64,000 bases of DNA from Candidatus Dormiibacterota bacterium. Lineage in GTDB: Bacteria > Chloroflexota > Dormibacteria > Aeolococcales > Aeolococcaceae. The notes under the pieces are model-generated. The model did not search any database. It was not told where the DNA came from and worked only from the letters and a program-made list of their open reading frames with translations. This document shows, piece by piece, positions 56,633-64,000 of the stretch (position 1 is the first letter of the stretch; every line of letters starts with the position of its first letter). Location of the stretch: the NCBI GenBank assembly GCA_003153505.1, contig PLZA01000016.1, forward strand, positions 11,094 through 75,093. The letters run 5' to 3'. The translations under genes were made by a program, and so were the position numbers.

Positions 56633-58950
56633 GCGCTGGCGACCTTGGGCGGGCGGTACTTGCAGGCGGGGTACCCGGAGCAGCTCACGAAGGGGCCGTA
56701 TCGTCCCTTGCGGGTCACCAGCGGTTTGGAACACTCCGGGCACTCCTCGCCGGTCGGCTCGGGTGCCGGTCCGGCGACGCGGGCTCCCGGGGCCCCGGGT
56801 TGGATGTACTTGCAATCCGGGTAGCCGGTGCAGCCGACAAACGTGCCACGCCTGCCGCTCCGCCTGCGGAGCGGTTTGCCGCACTGCGGACACACGCCGA
56901 GCTCCTCGGGCTCCGCACCCTCGGTCTCGCCGGCGGCGGGCGTTCGATCGTCCTTGATATAGGTGCAGCTCGGGTACCCGGAGCAGCCCACGAAGGGTCC
57001 ACGCCGTCCCTGGCGGGTGACCAGCGGCTTGGCGCAGCGAGGGCACATCTCCCCCGTCGCGAGCGCCTCGACGGTCTTGCGGTCCTTGATGTATTTGCAG
57101 TCGGGAAACCGCGAGCATCCGACGAATTCGCCAAACTTCCCCTCGCGGACGACCAGGCGCCCGATCTCGCACTCCGGACACTCCTCGCCGGTCTCACGCG
57201 CCGGCACCCGAACCCGCTCCATCGACCGCTCCGCGCGCTCGAGGGTTGCGGCGAAGGGCTCGTACCACTCGCGCACCGTCGGCTCGTAGGCACGGGTTCC
57301 CTCCTCCACGGAATCGAGCCGCTTCTCCAAGTCGGCGGTGAAGGCGACGTCGACGATGTCGGGGAAGTTCTGGCGCAGGACGGCGTCGACCGTCTTGCCG
57401 AGCTCGGTTGGATGGAGGCGTCGCTCCAGCTGGCGCACGTACTGGCGCTCCTGGATCACCTCGATGGTGGCCGCGTAGGTCGACGGGCGGCCGATGCCGC
57501 GCTCCTCGAGCTCCTTGATCAGGGTCGCCTCCGTGTACCGGGGCGGCGGCTGGGTGAAATGCTGCTCGGCCGCGATCTCGCGGCACCTGAGCTCCTCGCG
57601 TTCGGCCAGCGCCGGCAGCGTCATGTCCTTGTCTTTGTCCTCGTCGCGCTTCCAGACTTTCTGGAATCCCTCGAAGGTGATGAGCGATCCGGATGCGCGG
57701 AAGACGTAGTCCGCAGCGTCGATCATCGCTGTCGTGTTGAGGTATTTCGCCGGGCTCATCTGGCTCGCAACGAAGCGGCGCCAGATCAGGTCATACACCT
57801 TCACCTGTCCGGGTGAGAGGCTCGCACCGATGGAATCCGGCGTCCGGTTCACGTCGGTGGGCCGGATGGCCTCATGCGCGTCCTGGACGTTGACCGCCGC
57901 CTTCCGCCGCACGGCACCCGTGCCGACGTAGTCCTTGCCGAATGCCGCGGTGATGTGTTTGGCCGCATCGTCACGCGCCGCGTCGCTGATGCGGATCGAA
58001 TCGGTGCGCATGTAGGTGATCAGGCCGGTCGACCCGGCGCTGCCGAGATCGACTCCTTCATACAGCTCCTGGGCGATGCTCATCGTCCGCTTCGGCGACA
58101 TGCGCAGTCGCGAGCTGGCGTCCTGCTGCAGGGTGCTCGTGGTGTGCGGTGGGAGCGGACGCCGTGTCGTCTCCTTGACATCGATGGAACGGACCACGAA
58201 CGCCGGGGTCCGCTCGGTGACCGCGCCCTTGGCGTCGAGGCCGAGTGCCGCGATGACCTCGGTAGCCTCTGCCTCGGTGCCGAGCTCGAGCTTCTCGCGC
58301 CCCGCGGCTTCCGCGTCACCACGCCTGCCGACCAGGCGCGCGCTGAAGGGGTTGCTGCCATCTTTGGCAAGGAGTGCATCGATGGTCCAGGACTCGACGG
58401 GGACGAACGCGTCGATCTCGGTTTCGCGATCGACGACCAGGCGCACCGCGACGGATTGCACCCGGCCCGCCGAGAGTCCGGCGCGAACCTTGCGCCAGAG
58501 CAGCGGCGAGAGCCGGTAGCCGACCAGGCGGTCGATGACCCGGCGCGCCTCCTGCGCGGACACGAGCGAACGGTCGATCTTGCGGGGATGCGCAAGCGCT
58601 GCGTCCACCGCCAGCTTGGTGATCTCGTGGAAGACGATCCGGTCTGGGTTGTTGAGCCCGAGCGCCTCGGCCAGGTGCCAGGCGATCGCCTCGCCCTCGC
58701 GATCGGGGTCGGCCGCGAGCAGTGTGGACGACGCCTTCTTGACTGCGGCGCGGAGATCGCGAATCTGCTTTTCCTTGCCCTTGATCAGCTCGTACTGCGG
58801 GGTGAAACCGGCATCGACGTCGACGCCGATCTTCGACTTGGGCAGATCGCGAACATGCCCCATGGAGGCGAGGACGACGTACTCGGAGCCGAGAAAACGC
58901 GCGAGCGTTCGCGCCTTGCTGGGCGACTCGACGATGATCAGACGGGACAC
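56629..58950 (-). CDS. topA: DNA topoisomerase I with four C-terminal zinc ribbons
   Basis: [51 protein letters not shown]; four CPxC...GC..YP.C repeats. Confidence 0.97.
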   Translation of the reverse strand: MSRLIIVESPSKARTLARFLGSEYVVLASMGHVRDLPKSKIGVDVDAGFTPQYELIKGKEKQIRDLRAAVKKASSTLLAADPDREGEAIAWHLAEALGLNNPDRIVFHEITKLAVDAALAHPRKIDRSLVSAQEARRVIDRLVGYRLSPLLWRKVRAGLSAGRVQSVAVRLVVDRETEIDAFVPVESWTIDALLAKDGSNPFSARLVGRRGDAEAAGREKLELGTEAEATEVIAALGLDAKGAVTERTPAFVVRSIDVKETTRRPLPPHTTSTLQQDASSRLRMSPKRTMSIAQELYEGVDLGSAGSTGLITYMRTDSIRISDAARDDAAKHITAAFGKDYVGTGAVRRKAAVNVQDAHEAIRPTDVNRTPDSIGASLSPGQVKVYDLIWRRFVASQMSPAKYLNTTAMIDAADYVFRASGSLITFEGFQKVWKRDEDKDKDMTLPALAEREELRCREIAAEQHFTQPPPRYTEATLIKELEERGIGRPSTYAATIEVIQERQYVRQLERRLHPTELGKTVDAVLRQNFPDIVDVAFTADLEKRLDSVEEGTRAYEPTVREWYEPFAATLERAERSMERVRVPARETGEECPECEIGRLVVREGKFGEFVGCSRFPDCKYIKDRKTVEALATGEMCPRCAKPLVTRQGRRGPFVGCSGYPSCTYIKDDRTPAAGETEGAEPEELGVCPQCGKPLRRRSGRRGTFVGCTGYPDCKYIQPGAPGARVAGPAPEPTGEECPECSKPLVTRKGRYGPFVSCSGYPACKYRPPKVASA

Positions 58951-58984
58951 TTCTCTGGACTTCCTCTGGGGGCTCTGGCGCCGG

Positions 58985-59875
58985 TTATACGGTACGGGCC
59001 ACGAGGCCTCCGGGCAGGGACATTACGGCTCCGGCAAGCTCCAGCGCACTCAGCCGGCTGGCGACGAGTGCCGGCGAGAGCCCGAGAGCGAGCCCGACCT
59101 GGTCCGGGTGGACAGGTTGCGTTCCCATGCGTGCCAGTATCTCCCGCAGCGGTGGGCTGAAACGCTCGAGCCCTCCGCCGTGGGACGCAGGGAGGGTGTC
59201 GAGGGCCGCTTCTGGGATGGCCGAGCGAAGCTCGGGAACGGCATCGATGAGATCGCCGATCCCCAGGAACGGCCGGACTCCGTCGCGGATCAGCAAGTTG
59301 GTGCCACTGCTTTGGCGCGAGCGGATCGAACCGGGCACGGCGAGCACCTCACGGCCGAGGTCGGCCGCCCAGCGGGCAGTGCTCAAGGCGCCGCTGCGTT
59401 CGGTGGCCTCGACCACGACGACGGCGTGCGCGAGGGCCGCGATGATGCGGTTTCGCTTCGGGAAGTTGTGCTTGAAGGGCGGCGTCCCCGGCGGCTCCTC
59501 GGTGATGAGGCAGCCGTCGGTGATGATCCGCGAACGCAACTCGGCGTGTCGCGTCGGGTAGCAGACGTCAACGCCGCAGCCGAGCACGGCGACCGTCGAG
59601 CCGCCGGCGTCGAGGGCGCCCGAGTGTGCTGCGGCGTCGATGCCGAGCGCCATGCCGCTGACCACCTGGATGCCGGCCGACGCGAGCTCGGAGGCGATCG
59701 ACCGGGCAATCTCGACACCGGCGAAGGTCGCGCGGCGCGAACCGACGATCGCAACGCACGGCCACAGTGCGCCGATGGTCCCGAGCTGCCAGAACCCCTG
59801 CGGCGGTGATTCCAAGTGCAGAAGGCGCACCGGCCAGTCGGGCGACGCCGGGTCGATCCAGCGTGGCAGCGTCAC
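58985..59875 (-). CDS. dprA: DNA-processing protein DprA
   Basis: VAIVGSR, VSGMALGIDAAAH, AVLGCG, FPKRNRII, SGALST, VPGSI; C-terminal winged helix. Confidence 0.95.
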   Translation of the reverse strand: MTLPRWIDPASPDWPVRLLHLESPPQGFWQLGTIGALWPCVAIVGSRRATFAGVEIARSIASELASAGIQVVSGMALGIDAAAHSGALDAGGSTVAVLGCGVDVCYPTRHAELRSRIITDGCLITEEPPGTPPFKHNFPKRNRIIAALAHAVVVVEATERSGALSTARWAADLGREVLAVPGSIRSRQSSGTNLLIRDGVRPFLGIGDLIDAVPELRSAIPEAALDTLPASHGGGLERFSPPLREILARMGTQPVHPDQVGLALGLSPALVASRLSALELAGAVMSLPGGLVARTV

Positions 59876-61368
59876 CCGGCCATCTCGATCCGGTAGTGCA
59901 GCGCTTCGGCGAGCGCATCCTCACCCACCCGATCCTCGCCCGCGAGGTCGGCGATGGTGCGGGCGACACGAAGGACGCGGAAGAATCCGCGCGCGCTCAG
60001 GTGGAGGCGTTCACCCGAGAGCGCGAGAAGGCGACGGGCCGGTGGGGTAGCGCGAGCTGCGGCAAGCGTCTCTCGCCCGGTCAGCCCGGCATTCCCGTGG
60101 CCGGCGCTTTCGCCCCGGCGATTGCGGGCGGCCTCGACGCGGCCACGCACCACCGCCGATGGCTCTTCGTCGGCGCCTTCGAAGATGTCGCGGTATTCCT
60201 GGCGCGGGACCGAGACGACGAGGTCGATCCGGTCCTTGATGGGTCCGCTGATCTTGTTGTTGTAGGCACTCAGCTGGCGAGGTTCGCACCTGCATTCCTG
60301 CGCGTCGCCCAGATGCCCGCAGGGGCACGGGTTCGAGGCGCCGATGAGTATGAAATCTGCGGGATACGTCACTGCCGCTCGGGCGCGCGCGACGGTGACC
60401 GAGTGCTCTTCGAGCGGCTGCCGCAGCGCCTCGAGATGCTGCCGCGAGAACTCGCAGAGCTCGTCGAGAAACAGGACTCCCTGGTGAGCGAGGCTGATCT
60501 CGCCGGGCTGCGCCAGTCCGGTGCCGCCGCCCACCAGCCCGGCCCGCGAGATGCTGTGATGGGGCGCGCGGAATGGCGGCCTGAGCGTGGTCGGCGGCCG
60601 CTCGCGCAACGTCCCCCGCAGCGAGTAGATCGCTGCTACCTCAAGCGCTGCGTCGGATGCAAGGTCAGGGAGCAACGACGGGAACGTCCGCGCGAGCATC
60701 GTCTTCCCGGCCCCGGGCGGGCCCGTCATCAATATGTTGTGCCCGCCGGCCGCTGCGATCTCGAGTGCTCGCTTGGCTTGTCCCTGGCCACGAACGGCTG
60801 CCATGTCCGGTTCCGGCCCGGCTCCGGCGGGCGTCGCGTCGCGGACACCTGGAATCAGCGATCCCTCACCGCGCAGATACTCGACGCAGCTCTGTAGCGT
60901 GGCGGCGCCCAGCACCTCGATCCCCTCGGCGAGCGCGGCTTCCGACGCGTTCTCCACCGGCACGACGAGCCGGCAGATCCCCGCGGCGGCGAGGCATCGC
61001 GCCATGGGCAGAACGCCTGTGACCGGGCGAAGCGAGGCGTCGAGCGCCAACTCGCCGAGAAATGCGAGTCCCTCGAGCCGGAGCGATGGATCCTCGGCGC
61101 GAAGAATCGCAGTCGCTATAGCGAGATCGAACCCCGTCCCCTCTTTGGGCAACTCCGCGGGAGCGAGGTTGACGGTGACCCGTCTCGGCGGAAACTTGAA
61201 GCCCGCATTACGAATTGCCGGCTTGACTCGCTCCCGTGCCTCTTGGATCGCCCGGTCCGTGAGGCCCACGATGGTGAATCCCGGCAGGCCGTTGGCGATG
61301 TCCGCCTCAACCGTGACAGGCACCCCGGCGAGGCCCCTGGTGGCGCAACTTATTGCACACGCAATCAC
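59872..61368 (-). CDS. comM: ComM/YifB Mg-chelatase-like AAA+ ATPase
   Basis: IVGL.D.AIQEARER, VNLAPA, GPPGAGKTMLA, FRAPHH, PGEISLAH.GVLFLDE, NPCPCG, VARTIADL. Confidence 0.94.
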   Translation of the reverse strand: MIACAISCATRGLAGVPVTVEADIANGLPGFTIVGLTDRAIQEARERVKPAIRNAGFKFPPRRVTVNLAPAELPKEGTGFDLAIATAILRAEDPSLRLEGLAFLGELALDASLRPVTGVLPMARCLAAAGICRLVVPVENASEAALAEGIEVLGAATLQSCVEYLRGEGSLIPGVRDATPAGAGPEPDMAAVRGQGQAKRALEIAAAGGHNILMTGPPGAGKTMLARTFPSLLPDLASDAALEVAAIYSLRGTLRERPPTTLRPPFRAPHHSISRAGLVGGGTGLAQPGEISLAHQGVLFLDELCEFSRQHLEALRQPLEEHSVTVARARAAVTYPADFILIGASNPCPCGHLGDAQECRCEPRQLSAYNNKISGPIKDRIDLVVSVPRQEYRDIFEGADEEPSAVVRGRVEAARNRRGESAGHGNAGLTGRETLAAARATPPARRLLALSGERLHLSARGFFRVLRVARTIADLAGEDRVGEDALAEALHYRIEMAG

Positions 61369-61511
61369 ACAATGGAGTGTAACACGACGTCGACCATCCC
61401 CCGGTTGCCGGGACCGGATGCACGCGTCCTTCGGGCGCTACCCTTGCGCCGTGGGAAACGACCAGCTGAGCGGCTGATCCGTCCTCGCGCGAGGAGGGAG
61501 TTCCGATCTCC

Positions 61512-62662
61512 CTACGGCAACGGCTGAAAGCGGACGAGATACGTCACACCCGTGCCGGACAGGGCGCCCGCCCACATGGCGCCGGTGCTGCTCATCGCGA
61601 CAGTGCCATTCGCGAGAAGCTGGCTGCCATCAGCCGCGAGCGGGAACGAACGAGTCCGGCCGATCGTCAGCGCCCTGTCGAGCCGGAAGAGCCGGTTCGC
61701 TCCGGTGCCGTGCTGCGCCATCTCGCCGGCTTTCCACAGCGAGCCGCTCGCGTCCACCCCGGTCTGGGTCGGCAAGTACCAGTTCTGCGCCGCGGGGTCG
61801 ACGTGGACAGCCACGATCGCCCACCCTGGTGGGAACGTCGAGTTGACGCTGTCGAAGAACCCAAAGCCGCCCTTGTCCTGCACCCAGAACATCCCGTTGG
61901 GCAGTGCGAGGAGACCCGAGGCCCAGGGTTGGTAGTTGACCGGAATGCTGCTGGACACTCCGGCGCTCGTGTAGCGAACGATGTTCTGGTCTCGATAGCC
62001 CTCGAGGATCCACATCGCGCCATCGCTGCCGAGAGCCATCGCCCCCGGCCGGGCTCCAGGCCTGGCTGGTGCGAATTGCGTGACCGAGCCCGCTGGAGTC
62101 ATCTCCGCGACCACTGCGACTTTGCACGGATCCGAGTAGCAGGAGCTCGATGCAAGGGAGATCCAGAGATTGCCGGCGCCATCGGCGGCGGCACCCGAGC
62201 AGGTGCTCTGATTTCGCACCGGACCGGCGGGCAGTGCCATGTCATCGAGGATCCCGTCGGGCGTGACCAGGCCGATCCAGCAGGCTCCAGCGGTGGGCGG
62301 GTTGCGTTCGGGTTCGCGTATGTGTTGCTGAACGTCCACACGCCCTCGGGTCCCGCACCCGCGATTTGCGCCGGGATTGTGCCATGGGGCAGGGCGGTGG
62401 CCGTCAGCGTTGCCTGCCCGCTCGCGCTGATCTCGCCGAGCTGCGACCGCGTGGTGACGAACCACATCTGCCCGTCAGCGCCGGCGAAGATCTGATCGAT
62501 TCGATAGCTGGCACTCACCGGGATGGCCGTGAGGGTTCCTGGGATGGTGCCGCTCGTCGCTGCGAGGGCCGCTCCCCCGCCAGTACCGAGCACTGAAAGG
62601 AGGACCCCGGCGGCGGCCAGACCGACAACGATCGCGTGTCTCCGCATTCCGTTCGCGCCCAT
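61512..62662 (-). pseudogene. Secreted Vgb-like beta-propeller protein, frameshifted near 62305
   Basis: Signal peptide and GADGQMWF repeat in one frame (from ATG 62662); DGAGNLW, GSDGAMW and DASGSLW repeats continue in another frame to 61512. Confidence 0.7.
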
Positions 62663-62801
62663 CTCTTTTCCCCTCCGCACTGGCCACTGCCCGACCTGGC
62701 AACCATCATCGCAGCTCCGCAACACCCTCGCCGGCGAGCACACGAGAACTGCTGAGGGCGCTGTCGCCACGATGCTCTGCCACCTCCCGTATCGTCGCCG
62801 C

Positions 62802-63977
62802 ATGCCAACGTCTCAGTCCAGACCACAACGCAGTGCCACCACGAAAACCAAAACGCCGCCCGCGTTCTCCCGAGACCTGAAGCTCGAGGCGCTCGCCAAG
62901 TCCTGTACTCGCTTCCTCACCGGGAACGGTATCCGCTCCGCCGACGAGCTGCTCGCCACGATTCCGCCGGGGACCGAGGTCGACAACTACGGCATCGGCG
63001 GCCCGGTTACCGAGCTCGAAGTGGAGGTTGCGAGCCTCCTCGGCAAGCAGGCCGCGCTGTTCTTTCCGACTGGGACGATGGCGCAGCAGGCGACGCTACG
63101 GGTCCACGCGGATCGACGCTCGAGCCGGTCCGTCGCTTTTCACCCCGCCTGTCACATGGAGACCAACGAGGAACGGGGCTACCAGCGGCTCCACGGACTC
63201 TTCGGCATCCCGGTCGGTCCCCGCGATGAGCCGCTCTCAATCGCGAGCCTGGGGCAGGTCCGCGAGCCCATCGCGGCGCTCCTCCTCGAGTTGCCACAAC
63301 GGGCGCTCGGCGGAACGCTGCCGTCCTGGACCGAGCTGGTCGCCCAGGTGGGCTGGGCTCGCGATCACGGCGCTGCGGTCCATCTCGACGGGGCGCGCCT
63401 CTGGGAATCGACACCGTCCTACAAAGCCCGGCATCGCAAGTCGATCGCCGACATCGCCGGACTGTTCGACACCGTCTACGTGTCCTTCTACAAAGGACTC
63501 GGTGGGATCGCCGGCTGTTGCGTCGCCGGCGACACGGATGTGATCGAGGAGCTGTCCGTGTGGCGGACGCGCCACGGCGGGCGAGCGTTCGGGCTGTGGC
63601 CGTATGCCGCGTCGTCGTTGTCGGCGTTGCGGACCCGGTTGCCGCGGATGCCCGCGTACTACCGGCATGCACTCGCGATCGCGACCGCGATACGCGACGT
63701 CCCTGGCATCGATGTGCTGCCCGACCCGATCCAGAGCCCGATGATGCACCTGCGTTTGTCGGTGAGCCTCGACGAGTTTCGCGAGCGAACCGTGCAGATC
63801 GCACGGTCCGACAAGGTCTGGATGTTCTCCCGAGCGTGGGCATCGCTGGGACCAAACCTCCAGGAGTTCGAGCTCAGTGTCGGCGATGCCACGCTCAAAC
63901 TCAGCCCCGACCAGATCCGCGAACTGTTCGTGCGGCTGACCGGTGGGTCCGGGCGGCGCAGCGTTTCACGCCGGTGA
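62802..63977 (+). CDS. Low-specificity L-threonine aldolase-family PLP enzyme
   Basis: DNYG.GG, FFPTGTMAQ, HLDGARLWE, YVSFYKGLGG (PLP lysine). Confidence 0.9.
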   Translation: MPTSQSRPQRSATTKTKTPPAFSRDLKLEALAKSCTRFLTGNGIRSADELLATIPPGTEVDNYGIGGPVTELEVEVASLLGKQAALFFPTGTMAQQATLRVHADRRSSRSVAFHPACHMETNEERGYQRLHGLFGIPVGPRDEPLSIASLGQVREPIAALLLELPQRALGGTLPSWTELVAQVGWARDHGAAVHLDGARLWESTPSYKARHRKSIADIAGLFDTVYVSFYKGLGGIAGCCVAGDTDVIEELSVWRTRHGGRAFGLWPYAASSLSALRTRLPRMPAYYRHALAIATAIRDVPGIDVLPDPIQSPMMHLRLSVSLDEFRERTVQIARSDKVWMFSRAWASLGPNLQEFELSVGDATLKLSPDQIRELFVRLTGGSGRRSVSRR

Positions 63978-64000
63978 GACCCCGCGCAGCGCACGTTGCG

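Noticed and set aside
56640-57190. DNA-level repeats in the 3' end of topA
   Set aside because: Explained by the normal tandem zinc-ribbon domains of TopA.
61381-61394. 14-bp match AACACGACGTCGAC to positions 8-21
   Set aside because: Short, built around the very common GTCGAC word, with one copy inside a coding region; likely chance rather than an att site.
60-63994. Hundreds of long overlapping or antisense ORFs in the six-frame track (e.g. 16868-19111 +, 14987-16846 +, 6205-7887 +)
   Set aside because: They are Arg/Ala/Ser/Pro-rich shadow frames of recognised genes, expected at this GC content.

Overview
High-GC (about 70%) bacterial chromosome segment. Gene content (archaeal-type ProRS, short EF-Ts, Asp23/Gls24, ScpAB, SigB/F-type sigma, Arg-tipped EF-P) suggests a Terrabacteria lineage such as Chloroflexota or Ca. 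Dormibacterota; this is inference. Bases 1-3863 are the end of an integrative mobilizable element (MobF/TrwC-type relaxase-helicase, DUF4913-like gene, HTH protein, tyrosine integrase) abutting the 3' end of tRNA-Val(GAC). The rest is mostly minus-strand, tightly coupled housekeeping operons, in transcription order: comM-dprA-topA-hslVU; rpsB-tsf-pyrH-frr-uppS-cdsA-dxr-rseP-ispG-proS; relA; hisS-aspS; anti-sigma/sigma; alaS to aroE; aroC-aroKB-aroQ-efp-nusB-xseAB-tlyA-nadK-recN-scpAB-rluB-cmk-plsC-dinG-nitrilase-nadE-rsmI-tatD-rsmA-MFS. A plus-strand sat-cysC-LysR unit lies between relA and proS. The best candidate for an undescribed system is a two-gene module between alaS and ruvX: an FtsA-like actin ATPase with no neighbouring ftsZ, followed by a bitopic membrane protein with a PIN-like cytoplasmic domain and a baseplate-J-like external domain. 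Other leads are an apparently kinase-dead anti-sigma factor, a structured leader upstream of sat, an SSB-tail-like C-terminus on XseB, an Arg-tipped EF-P and candidate SOS boxes. All calls come from reading motifs by eye; no searches were run.
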